Assembly: GCA_025603075.1 (NCBI GenBank)
Contig: MU626342.1
Span: forward strand, 24,755 to 88,754
Source of the DNA: Neoconidiobolus thromboides FSU 785
Lineage: Eukaryota; Fungi; Entomophthoromycota
DNA: 64,000 nt
Direction: 5' to 3'
The notes beneath the pieces were generated by a model, which saw only the letters and a list, made by a program, of their open reading frames with translations, had not been told where the DNA came from and did no database searches. This document shows, in pieces, positions 1 through 12,873 of the stretch. Position numbers and translations under genes: made by a program. The stretch's first letter is position 1. Every line of letters starts with the position of its first letter.

Positions 1-1
1 A

Positions 2-115
<114 letters not shown>

Positions 116-698
116 TAAGAAAATGAATTAAGCTTTAAAAGGCAAGTAAAGATGAGTCATTTTTGATGTTCTGACCCTTCTTTTATCCACTATAATAATG
201 ATTCCATTTTCCAGGTTTTTTATTTCCTTTATCTGTTTCACTATAATATGTATCGTTTCAACATAAATTTATAATTTAATTTTATCATCTAAAGGAAAGA
301 TATAATTATTAGTTTTCATTTTATATTTAATAGAATTTTTATTATGTAGTTTATTAAGGTTAAAGTAGTTCATATTTTTTTAAATAAAAATTATTATATC
401 CAATGTGTAGTTTATATGTAATGACAAATGTATTAAAATTAATAAAGCTATATAATATTGTTTAATGAAACTATAAAAGAATAAAATACCATATAGTAAT
501 AACTGAAAGTATCATAAATTAATAAAATTTGAACTGACTTTATTTAAACTATGAATAGTCTATAAGCATATAAAAAAATGGAATTGGACAAAAAAAATTA
601 AATACTTGATCTTGATCTTATTAATAATGGCACAAATCTATTCCCTACAAATTCTTAAATATAATAGTTCATATTATTAAACAATTGTGAAATACTAT

Positions 699-3600
699 TT
701 AATCTTTTTTAACACACTTATTAATACTTGCAATCAACTCATTAAACCTCAACGGTTTGGTTACATAATCATCCATACCAGCACTTATACATTTTTCTCT
801 ATCCCCAATCATGGCGTGCGCAGTCAATGCAATGATGGGAGTATGCATATTGTTTTCCTTTTCATATTCTCGGATTTTTGCTGTTGCTTCAAAACCACCC
901 ATTATAGGCATTTGAACATCCATTAATACAAGGTCATATGTTGATTTTTGAACTGATTGAAATGCTTCTAAGCCATTAGGTACAATTGTAACTTTATGTC
1001 CAAACTTTTCTAAAATACGTACTGCTAGCTTTTGATTTACTATATTATCTTCAGCTAATAAGATCTTGAGTGATTTTTTGATGGATCTTGACGTTTCATT
1101 GGCTAGCATTGAATATGACTCCATAGCTGCATGTAGGGCATTGACCAAGTCTGGGAAGAGTACTGGGAAGTTGATATATCCAGAGATACTAAGCTCCATA
1201 CAAGTTTTCATTACTATGGGTGGCATATTAGGTACTGTTAATACTATAGGTACGTATCTAAGTGAATGTACATCACGAACTTTTTCGATATAAGATAGAT
1301 CATCAACGATTACTGTATCAACAACAGGGTTTGATTTATCTTTTGGATCTGTTTTAAAGCACTTTTTAGCATCTTCAACAGTATGGAAAGTTAAGCTATT
1401 TAGCTTCAAGGAATGGATCATTTCTTTAACTTGATCCATTGCTGGGTGTTTAAGGCTATCAAAGATAGCAATTGTACGATTAAGATAGGGAGTTAATCTA
1501 GATATAGCTAATTCATGTGTAATTTCTGCAATGGTACATGTCATTGTAAAATAAAATTCAGAACCTTGCCCTGCTACACTATGAACCCATAATTCACCTC
1601 CCATTAAAGCAACTAATCTTTTGGAAATAGATAAACCTAACCCAGTCCCACCATACTTTCTAGTAGTGGAACCGTCCGCTTGCTGGAAGGTATCAAAAAT
1701 TAAGTTGATCTTTTCAGAATCAATGCCAATACCAGTATCAGCTACACAGAATAATAATACAACTTGGTCTCCTCGAATTTCTTTGGTTTGCGCAGTAAGT
1801 ACTACTTTACCTTTAGAAGTAAATTTAACTGCATTCCCAATAAGGTTAGTAATGACTTGACGCAATCTTAGTGAGTCTCCAATAAGTTGATCTGGTATAG
1901 ATCCATCAATATCATAAATCAAATCCAATCTCTTTTGACTGGCTTTAACAGCTAAAGTTTTAAGAGCAGAGAATACTGAAGAGCGAATCGAAAATGGGAT
2001 TTGCTCAAGAACTAATTTGTTAGCTTCTATTTTAGATATATCTAAAATATCATCAATAATTGTAAGGAGGGAATTTGCCATGGTTGAAACAATCATTAAA
2101 TTTTCTCTCTGCTGGCGGTTCAATTCGGTTTCTAAAGTAAGGGCAGTCATTCCTATAATGCCATTCATTGGGGTTCTGATTTCATGAGACATATTGGCTA
2201 AAAACTCAGACTTAGCTCTGTTAGCGAGCTCAGCTGCTTCTCTTGCTGCTGTATTCTTTTGAATACTTTCCCTTAAATTATAAACCATTTGATTAATTTT
2301 TGTTTTAAGAGAGTCCATCTCACCGGAAGCTTCCACAGTAATAAAGCGAGTGAAGTCACCATCAGTAGCTGCAGCGGAAATTTGAGCAAACGCCCTAACT
2401 TGCGTGGTCAAATTGTTTGCCATAGTATTCACATTATTAGTAATCTCTTTCCAAGTACCAGATACATCTTTAACTTGTGCTTGAACGCCCAATTTCCCTT
2501 CAGTACCTACTTCCCTTGCAACACGCGTTACTTCAGAAACGAAAGTTCTCAATTGATCCACCATAGTATTGATGGTATTCTTTAAATCAAATATTTCACC
2601 CTCTACCGATACAGTAATCTTTTTGGACAGATCACCTCCAGCTACAGCTTTACATACATTAGCAATATCTCGCACTTGAAGGGTAAGGTTGGCTGCCATA
2701 GTGTTTACGTTATCGGTGAGCTCTTTCCAAGTACCACCAACGTCCTTTACATGCGCTTGACCACCAAGCTTACCTTCAGTACCCACTTCTCTAGCAACCC
2801 TAGTAACTTCGGCTGCAAACATTCTTAATTGGTCCACCATAGAATTAACTGTATTTTTCAACTCCAGAATCTCACCCTTGACATTTACAGTGATTTTCCT
2901 TGAGAGATCTCCGCAAGCTACAGCAGTAGTTACATCTGCAATAGAACGTACTTGACTAGTAAGATTGGCTGCCATAATGTTCACATTATCGGTTAAATCT
3001 TTCCAAGTACCACCAACATCTTTTACTACTGCTTGACCTCCAAGCTTTCCTTCAGTACCCACTTCTAATGACACCCTCGTTACTTCTGTAGCAAATGTCT
3101 GCAGCTGATCTACCATAGTATTTATAGTATTCTTCAAATCCAATATTTCCCCCTTGACATTCACTGTAATTTTCTTTGACAAATCACCCCGGGCTACAGC
3201 TTTTGACACATCAGCAATATCTCGGACTTGAGCTGTTAAATTAGCAGCCATAGTGTTTACATTGTCAGTAAGCTCTTTCCAAGTACCTCCTACACCTTTG
3301 ACATGAGCCTGTACTCCAAGTTTTCCTTCTGTACCTACTTCTCTAGCTACTCTTGTTACTTCTGCTGCAAAAGTTCTTAATCTATCAACCATTGAATTGA
3401 CTGTGGTTTTAAGAAGATGTATCTCCCCTTTAACATCAACAGTAATTTTCTTGGATAAATCACCTTCTGCAACAGCTGTGGTAACTTCTGCAATAGAACG
3501 TACTTGGCCTGTAAGATTGGCTGCCATAATGTTCACATTATCGGTTAAATCTTTCCAAGTACCACCAACATCTTTTACTACTGCTTGACCTCCAAGCTTT

Positions 3601-5247
3601 CCTTCAGTACCCACTTCTAATGATACTCTTGTTACTTCTGTAGCAAAAGTTCTTAATTGGTCCACCATCGTATTAATTGTTTTTTTGAGATCAAGTATTT
3701 CACCTTTAACATCAACTGTAATTTTCTTTGATAAATCACCACGAGCAACTGCTTTAGAAACATTAGCTATATCTCGAACTTGTGCCGTTAAATTTGTTGC
3801 CATAGTATTCACGCTATCTGTTAGAACTTTCCACGTCCCGCCCACTCCATCCACTTCTGCCTGAGCTCCCAGCTTTCCTTCTGTACCTACCTCTCGTGCC
3901 ACTCGAGTTACTTCTGCTGCAAACGTCCTTAATTGGTCAACCATAGTGTTAATAGTTATTTTTAGCTCAAGAATTTCACCTCGCACTGGAACTGTGACTT
4001 TTTTGGATAAATCACCACATGCAACAGCTGTACAAACTGCTGCAATATCACGGACTTGTGCAGTCAAATTAAATGCCATAAGGTTAACATTGTTTGTGAG
4101 ATCTTTCCATGTACCTCCAACATCTTTTACGATAGCTTGTCCGCCCAATTTTCCCTCTGTGCCTACTTCAAGAGAGACACGTGTTACTTCAGTTGCAAAT
4201 GTTTGTAATTGATCAACCATAGTATTAATAGTATCTTTAAGATCCCTGATTTCACCTTTAACATCAACAGTAACTTTCTTTGATAAATCACCACGAGCAA
4301 CTGCTTTAGAAACATCTGCAATATCTCTCACTTGAGCTGTAAGATTTGAAGCCATAGTATTGACATTATCAGTAAGTAATTTCCAAGTTCCTCCTACATC
4401 TATAACTCTGGCTTGAACACCTAATTTTCCTTCAGTACCTACTTCGTGAGCAACTCTAGTTACTTCTGATGCAAAAGAATTTAATTGATCAACCATTCGA
4501 TTTAAAGTATTTTTAAGAACCAAAGTTTCTCCTTTAACGTCTATAGTAATTTTTTTCGATAAATCTCCATGAGCGACAGCAGTACTAATTTCAGCAATTG
4601 CCCTAACCTGTTCCGAGTGATTAATTGACATCAAATTGACGTTTTGTACAATTTCAAGCCATGTTCCTTTTACGTTTCGATCGACTTTAGCCTTTATTCC
4701 CAACTTACCTTCAACACCAGCACCTCTAACAACAGTGTTCAATTGACCAGTAAAGTTTTCTAAGTTTCCAGCTAATGAATTAATAGAGCATTTAAGTTTA
4801 GATAATGGACCTTCTGGAACATCTAAAGTTATTCTTTGGGATAAATCGCCTAGTTCTACAGCTTCAACAACTTTATTACAAGCATCAAAGAAATCAGACT
4901 TTTTCAAACCTTCAAAGTCTACTGATTTATCCATGTCTTTTACTTCTTCTTTGTCAATACTGTTTTCACTTAGCTTTCTTTCTTTTTCTTTTTTCTTTTG
5001 TATATAATTTAAATTTTCAAATGATAAGTACTTGATTAAATAATTAATAATAATATACCTCATAAAGCTTAACCTTTTCTTCTAATTGATTTTGCCTTTC
5101 GATAAGCCTTTGTATAGCAGCTTCAATGCCGCTTGCTTGAGTCGGTTTAACACCAGAAAAGTTGAATAAATCGATGTATTCACCATTTGAATTTGAAATT
5201 GAGGACAATGCCCCGTGCAAGTGGTTCAAATAGCCCACTTCGGTCAT
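699..5247 (-). CDS. NIK1: Group III hybrid histidine kinase (NIK1/OS-1 type): poly-HAMP repeats, HisKA, HATPase, receiver
   Basis: Nine ~92-aa repeats (G-T-W motif). H-box [16 protein letters not shown]-box [23 protein letters not shown], receiver LVLMDVQMP. The real start is probably in the 5044..5247 ORF, joined by a short intron (GT donor at 5058; acceptor approximate). Confidence 0.95.
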
Positions 5248-7398
5248 TTATTATCAGTTTACAATTAAAATTAATTTTATATTTTAATTTATTCTATGTC
5301 CAATTTTTCATTTTTACTGTGGTAACTAACGATTTTGCTATGAAATCGTAAACTAACAATAAGCTTTAAACTGACCTCTCATTGGCCAAGTTAAGCGTGC
5401 TTTTGATTAATTCTAAGTCTTCTGAGCTAAGCTTGATTGGGTTTAAATACTCGCATTAAACTATATTATTGGCCTTGAATATAAATTAAGTATTTTCATA
5501 AGTTGGAAATTTTTATTTGAAGTTTAATTAGTTTATCAGCCTGAGGAGATATGACATCGTCTCTCTATTTTTAGATAAATTATAAAGATTCTCTGAGTGA
5601 TTAGTCATTTCATAGATCTAGATCGAAAAACACCAATCAGCACAGGAATCGATCTATAAATCAAGCTACTTTCATATAGTAATAAAGATGTCTTTAAAAT
5701 TGTAAACAGTTATTGTTAATTACTATTTATGATCAGATAATAAATGTCATAAAAAAGATCCTTTTAATATTTGATTAATAATAAAAGTTGTCTATAAATA
5801 TTAGCGTTATGGTTACACGCTAAATTATACAAGTTTAATAAGATACATAGAATAAAAAGCCTATTTTATTTGAATTAAATTGTATTAAGATAACAAAATA
5901 GTAACTACAAATAAAGTTTTTATATTATAAGAAGCTTCTCGTTCAAACAAGGAGTAATATTAAAGGATTTGAAATTAAGTGAAATCACAATAACATTTAA
6001 TCATAAATATAAAATTATTATTATTATAGTGTTTTATAAAGTCACCTTGTTTGAATTATTCTTGATTTCAAGGGCACACACCATTTATAGCTATTCTCTT
6101 TCTAAATCTAACTGTTGTGGAAATGAAAGTTATATAAACAAGAAATTATTTAAGACAACCATAACTTGAAAAATGAAATTGAAATACATTATTGTTTGTT
6201 AGGAAGTATTCTAATTTAACTAATTAATAGGAATTTTAAATATGATATTCTAAGACTTTCACTAAGAAACTTATCAACTAAACCAGAAGATCGAATATAT
6301 CTAAATTAGTGATTAATGAATAAAAGATTAATTAAATATGATTAAATCAATGAGAGAAACGCTATATAAAGAGAAGTAACGAAACTAAAACCCAACAAAG
6401 GCTCTATATGATTGCATGTAAATATGAACATCCACATTTAACAAAAGAACCTTGACTATACAAATTATCTTTAAATAAAGCCAATTAAACTGTTTAAATT
6501 TTATTAAGTAACTTCATATATGCTATAGATTTCTCAAGGAAAAATAAACAAATCCCTGTTTGCAATAGTATACGTTTTTTGTGTCTGAAAATAAAAATTA
6601 CTTATCCAAAAAAAATTATCATACCAATTCTATACTGTTTGAACTTGGGTTTACCTGATAAATTCTTAGCTTATATGAACCTGCCCAATAATTAAATTTC
6701 AAGAATGAAACTATCTTCAAAATCAAAGTTCAATAAAAAATATACGACTCATTATAATTGTACTTAATGTTTTGTTTTGATGTTACAACTTATCAGTATC
6801 TTTAATTATAAAAATTATAAAAATGTAATAAAAATAAAAGTAATAATTATCTCTGGCGCTTTTGTGATTTTGTAATTTAGCTATGATAATTCTGGTATTA
6901 ATAATTTTATTTCATTTTAAATAGCTATTTTATAACCAAATCAATCAATCAGCTTTTTGAGATTATAAATTAATATTTCATAAAAGAAGCCATATATCAA
7001 AACCTACAATATCAAGTTTAAACAATGAATTGTAGAATAATAAAGTTTGGTTATCATATTATCAAGTAAGGCTAAAATAGATTAAATTTTTACTTTCATT
7101 TAATTGTTATTACATCTTGGAAACAATCACTATTTTATAAGACAAACACTATCACTCATAGATCTTCTGGACTAATGAACACACAATAGGACTGTTACTT
7201 ACTGTTACTATTTATCTTTTTTAGAAGCTTTGAAGAATTCCAAACTTTGTTATATCAAATTGATTGCTTTCCCCATTCCCTTCTGATAATCCTTATCTAA
7301 CACTTATGTTCTATTCTTATACATATACAAGTTTAAAAGCTCAGTTAAAATTAAGGACAAAATCTCCCCATTTCACTTTTTTTGTTCATTTATTATGT

Positions 7399-7506
7399 GA
7401 GGCTGTATTTTTTTAAGAATTTTACCTGCAATTTTACCAATAATTTTTCTGCTCAAATAACGTTTAGAAAATGGAAAAAGTGATAAAATCAAAGAAACAC
7501 ACCCCC
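7399..7506 (+). mobile_element. MITE copy (diverged), TSD ATGT
   Basis: GAGGCTG...CACCCCC with the family internal sequence; ATGT at 7395-7398 and 7507-7510. Confidence 0.8.
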
Positions 7507-7872
7507 ATGTAGTGTAAATTTTTTCAAACTACAATACTCGATAAAAAAGTTCCAACGAGATATTTTAAAATCAAGTAAAAGCCATATTTTTGTAGTGTTT
7601 GGTGTTTAATTCACAATATTTGCTAAATATCTAATTAAACAAAAGTCGAACTGAGCTTTTAAACTAACTCATATATATGAATTTCGAAATAAAATCCATC
7701 TGAGAACCTGGCTATCTTTAATAATTAATATGACCATTAGTCTCGATTTGATCAATAACTGTTTATTTTATAGCAGCAGTAAAATCTCTGCTTTTATTTT
7801 TAAAATATAAAAAAATAAGCCAAATAAAAAGGATAAGTTTATTACTATTGTTGAGACTACCTCAGAATCCTA

Positions 7873-8510
7873 TTGGAGGCTGACCAATTATCCAATATGA
7901 TATCCAAAAAGATATTTGAGTACTTATATCCATTTGAGGTATTTAACGTATGCTTTTTAAGACAATACCTGCTTAAAATCGTACCTAGAGATATTAAATA
8001 CAATTTAATTCATTCAGCTTGTAACGAACATCAATCTGAAAGATTTATAAGCTATACTGTTTCTAAAATAAGATATAAAGAGTATTAATAAAATTCCATT
8101 GGATAAAGTGTAGTATTAATAAAACATATTAACATCAGTGCTACAGAAATAATAAAGTTATTGACTATTTAAATTACTGCCCAGATATTAGATTCTTACA
8201 TTGGATAATTGACTCTATTTATTGCAAGGACATTATTATCAATGATAATTCTATCCAAATACAAAATTACCAAAACTAAAGAAGATGAAGTTAAACTGCT
8301 CTAGCCAAGCCCGGTTATTAAATTAGTTTAATGATTATTTAAATCAGCTCAGAGCCTTTGAACATTGAAGCGATAATATATCAATTGAAGACACAGCTGA
8401 GCAGTTAAATTCAAACAAATCGAGAATGCTTAAAATAGACTGCTGCAGTAGTTTATATTACAATGGGCTCAATATTACTAGGAGGGAATTTAAAAAACCA
8501 AAAGTAACAA
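7873..8510 (+). pseudogene. Decayed F-box/LRR-like gene fragment
   Basis: IFEYLYPFEVFNVCFLRQYLLKIV resembles the relic at ~61.7 kb (MFEQLHPFELFNLRF..YLFKTV); broken reading frames downstream. Confidence 0.35.
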
Positions 8511-8644
8511 ATTTGATAAGTTTTAAAACTGTTGCTTTTCATAATGAAAATAATTCAATGTAAACATAAAACAAATTAAAGTAGATTGTTTTACTGCATA
8601 TAATATTTTCTCTGCCTTTTGTTTCTTTCTCTAAATCTCCAAAT

Positions 8645-8742
8645 GGCAATGTATTTTTATGTTTAAGAATTTCACTACCAATTTTTCTGTTCAAATAGCA
8701 CTTAAAAGATGGAAAAAGTGATAAAGCCAAAAAAAACGCCTC
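8645..8742 (+). mobile_element. MITE copy (degenerate ends), just left of the viral-like block
   Basis: Internal consensus TTTAAGAATTT...CAAATAGCACTTAAAAGATGGAAAAAG; termini GGCAATG/CGCCTC are decayed. Confidence 0.75.
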
Positions 8743-8870
8743 TGAAAACTATTATTAAAACAGTTGTAGTTATAAAAAAGGTTTCAAATATTAGTTGTAG
8801 CCTTGATACTCCACCATTGCTATTCATACCTATCATATACTTTAAAAAAGATACGCTCCAGCATAAATGC

Positions 8871-9777
8871 TTAAAAAAATATATTATACTCATTCTGTGT
8901 TACTGACTGCCGTATGTAATGAGAGCTGTTTAACCTTCTTGAAGCCTGTTTGAGTGATTTGCTTATGCCCTCAAGACCCCGATCAAGCTTTCGCTGAATA
9001 TATCCTATGTTTATAATACTCTGTTTAGCGGATCTTAAATGGATATAGAATTCATATGGATCTAAACCCGATAAATAAGGATTGTAACACATGCCAGTGC
9101 TCTTACTACCTGACATCTGTACCCCCACAGATTCTATTATCTGCTTAATGTTAGACTCACTTCCTTTAGTACCACTATCCACTAACAGCTTGCATATATC
9201 CGCAAAGTTATCATAATTCATGTCATAGGATCTAGGAGATAGTCCATGACACAAGTACTCCTCTAAAATGTAGTCCTTAATATTATTGATTAGATCTTTA
9301 CCAAACAATTCTTTATGACTGTTATGATTGACCAGTAGTAGGTGCCATTAAGGTTCTGACCTCATCTATGTATTGTTTTATCTTTGTAACAAAGATATTC
9401 ATCTCATCTCCATCAAAGTCGGCATTGAATATTTTGCATAACTTCGGGTGAAGTTCGATTGTTTTATTCTTATGAAAATAAACTTTAAGATCTAATATAG
9501 ATCCTCTGGTCGAAATAGGCCGGGGGTTGGCTATGACATAATCCTTATCCTTAAGCTTCAGCACTTCTTTAAAAGATTTGGGAAGGCCAATATAAGTCTT
9601 ATCGTGTTCTATACCTGGAGGTATGACTGCACGTCCACAATAACTAACCCTATTGCTTGGACAATAATTTCTATATATACCTTCTTTGCCTTTTACTTTG
9701 TAAGAAGCAATGCCCATACCTAGATGGTGGCTGTTGTTGTTTAAGGATTTGTCATTTAGCTTCTTTAGCTTATACAT
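8871..9777 (-). pseudogene. rpb1: Viral-type RNA polymerase largest subunit (RPB1-like), very short, one break at ~9310-9322
   Basis: KGKEGIYR..RVSYCGRAVI, catalytic NADFDGDEMN, DSGTKGS..NIKQ, GLDPYEFYIH, bridge helix GYIQRKL. Confidence 0.9.
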
Positions 9778-9829
9778 AACAATTGAATTGAATTATATAA
9801 CCTACAAAAGAAATATTAGTTTCAATAGT

Positions 9830-12121
9830 ATGGAGGAAGATTGGTATTGTTCATTGAGAAAGCACATCCTTGAAAAATTAAATATCCCAAGCAAAGAATA
9901 TAAGGAATTCAGTAACTACGAAGAAGCAAAGGATTATTTATTCGGGAGCTTTACATAGATATGGAGAAATGATATCCAAAACATATTTTATGATGTAATT
10001 CATAAAGAGTTGAAGTATTGCAACAATTCCAAAGGATATAGTATCTATAGTTTCAATTAAAGACCAGATCTCTCGACGAAGGCGTCACAACATGTACAAA
10101 ATGTCTAAAGTCCAATATTATACAATAATCGATAGTTTACCGTTCTATGTAAAACATGAAAATGAAGTTGTTTTTGAGTTTAGGCAATATACTTGGAAAG
10201 GATATCCACTTAACAACCCTTCCAAAGACATCAATATAGTTGGCAGGATTGTATCTAACAAATCAACCTATGAATTTAAGAACAAAGCTATCTTTATCGA
10301 TGGTAAAAACATCAGAGATAATTATGATCTTAAAAATAACCCATGGTTCAGGAAGAATACACCATAGTATTATAGGATGCTGAATATATGTGGTGAAAAT
10401 GGAGGTGAGGTGCCATCTCATCTGCTGCTTTACATCATATTCAAATTTTCAAATGATATATTTGACGATATATATCACCTTAGATTCAAAAGAGTCTATC
10501 GGACAAAAGAACATACTTTATTATCCAAAAGGTCTTTGGTTGGTATATATACTCATGTTAACAAGATGAGGATGGACATTGATCCCAACAGTAAAATATT
10601 AGCTATAGGAGATGTACATCCATCATATAGAGGCTTTGTATGTATAACTGACACATAAGGTGGTAAGAATATAGGACTTATAAAGGCATTACCCAAAGAT
10701 GTCTTCGTATCCGGTGAACCATACAATTGCTATTATAAGGAAGTCATCAATCTATTAAAGGAGTGTATTGTTCAGCTATCATGCAACACCATTATTGTGT
10801 TCTATAATTCAATGGTGGTAGGACACATCCCTTACATGCCATTATCACTACATATTATTGGTATTTTTAATATAATGCTTTTACCCTATGTATCAAAAAC
10901 AAATATATCGGTGGTTGTTATTACTGATGGGCCAGAAAGATATACGCGCAAGTTACCCCATGGAAGAATCAAGTTCGTAGATGAGGCTACTGAAGACGAT
11001 ATCAATAAGTTTGATGTTTATAATCCTTTATGTCCCACCGACAATCTTATATCCTATGTCAATCATAACTGAGCAGCGAGGGTTACATTTGGCATCAGTA
11101 TCCAGAAGCAGGCATTATCTCTGCCGTTCAAGATCCATGATATTGAATAAATAAGAGAAGATTGATATGTCCCCACATGTTAAGCCCCAACGATCAAGGC
11201 GCCATTGACAGGCATATTTCCTTACAATGGGATCAACCTTAAATGTAAGATTGCATTCTATAAGAAGCTAAACATAGAAGATGCTATTGTGATGAGTGAT
11301 AAGGCAGCAGAAAGATTCACAAGCTATAGATATCTATGTGTCAAGCAAAGTTACGACCATCTTATCAGAACATCATTAAATGAAATGTTCGATGAGAATA
11401 ATGTGATACGCGTAGGAGATAAAGTAACCAAAGGAAGCAGTTTGGCCGCCATCTATGTATCAGGTAAAACGCTATGTGTGACAAATATCATTTCAAAGCA
11501 TTCTGGGGAAGTGACCAATATATCAAATTCAGATAAAGTATCGGTGATAAGGATAAAATAAAACATATTTATTCAAGTAGGAGATAAAGCTACTTCTCTA
11601 GATGCCCAAAAAAGTTTCGTTGGAGCCATTGTAGACCATAAGGAACTTTATGATGTGTTCAAAGAATAGGTTGACATTTTTATCAATTCATGTGCCATAT
11701 CAAGTCGTATGGCCATGGGGCAATTGATGGAAATAAAAGATAAAACGGTTATTGTTATTACCAAGCATCGAGTCATCAAGTGGGGGACAAGTCGTATATA
11801 GTGGCAGAACCAACAAAGAATTACATATCCCATAGTTTAGTCACAGGAAAGTCTTTTGGAGCAAGCTTTAGATTGGGTGAGATGGAGAAGGACTGTATCA
11901 TCGCCTATGGGTCAGAACACTCGTTATTAGAACTATTTATAAGCAGTTCTGATTTGACAGATGTCTGTGTTTATAAGAGTTGCGATTACTTGATAGCATA
12001 TAGTAATAACTATCCAGGGCCATGTAAGATATGTGGTAATGAAACAAAGAAGATATGCTTATCTTATTCATCCAAGATGGCTTCATGGTTTTGACAAAAG
12101 ATAATACTGGGCTATGTATAA
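9830..12121 (+). pseudogene. rpb2: Viral-type RNA polymerase second subunit (RPB2-like), fragmented
   Basis: Collinear motifs across the ORF fragments: DVHPSYRGFVCITDT, GKNIGLIKAL, NIEDAIVMS, QVGDKATSLDAQK, DIFINSCAISSRMAMGQLME, FRLGEMEKDC, C-terminal Cys cluster. Confidence 0.9.
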
Positions 12122-12164
12122 ACGAGTTCATCTGATTAGAATAAAAAAGACTTAGTAGGATAAG

Positions 12165-12781
12165 ATGAATAACACAATCACATTATTAGCCAAAGACATC
12201 GATATTACTAAGTTATCTTTAGGGTAGAAAGGAAACCCCATCCCCATTGATATAGGTGGCGGTATAGAATACATCGATGTGTTTTATGATAATAAACATC
12301 TGATCATCAAAACAGACACACCATGCATTATGAAATGTGAATTTCAGGTCTACAATGCTAAAATGGGTTTGTTAAGGATACAGAGAATCAAACAAAGAAT
12401 CTAAAATTTTCCATTAAAGGTATGGAGCAGATATCAGAGATAGACAAAAGGGTCTCAGATCTTCTTTTTTCCATTGGATCAAAAGGCAAGAAGATCTACA
12501 TGAGAATAAGCAATGAATGAATACCCTGTAAACCATGTCTTCGTAATGATGAGGTGACAACTAACTTTTATACTCACTCGGAAGATATCTCGTGGAAGGA
12601 TTGTTTATCACATACCATCATAGCCATACCAGTAGTGATATACTAAACTATCATGATAAGAAACTGTCAGGCCACCTCCAGAATGATGCTTTATAGCTGT
12701 ATTATCAAACTCAATGATGCCAAGTCCGTGTTTGATGATGATGAGATACAAAGAGCATTCATGACATTAAATCTCCATTAA
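12165..12781 (+). pseudogene. Possible NCLDV-type OB-fold single-stranded DNA binding protein (frameshifted)
   Basis: Manual translation DIDITKLS(F)...IEYIDVFYDNKHLIIKTDTP...IIAIPVV resembles my recollection of NCLDV SSBs; not verified. Confidence 0.35.
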
Positions 12782-12855
12782 AAAACATCTTCTAAAACAA
12801 TATTACTCAGTACTATATAAGTGATGTCATTCTGTTTTTGAAGATATTTTTTTAA
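12778..12855. terminator. Imperfect ~22-bp inverted repeat between convergent viral ORFs
   Basis: TTAAAAAACATCTTCTAAAACA (12778-12799) versus TGTTTTTGAAGATATTTTTTTAA (12833-12855). Confidence 0.55.
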
Positions 12856-12873
12856 TAAGCTAAATAAGTTAAG

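Noticed and set aside
687-5035. Many 60-100 aa plus-strand ORFs over the histidine kinase
   Set aside because: Antisense shadows of the repetitive HAMP coding sequence; no independent motifs.
8383-8392. AATTGAAGAC outside the viral block
   Set aside because: It lies in a host relic with no suitably placed ATG; a few chance hits are expected in AT-rich DNA, so it is not counted as a promoter.
8539-8906. Short ORFs with similar text (LKHKNT, FKRYLSGK), also at 18175-18468, 39187-39384 and 43490-43684
   Set aside because: They are chance read-throughs of MITE copies, not a gene family.
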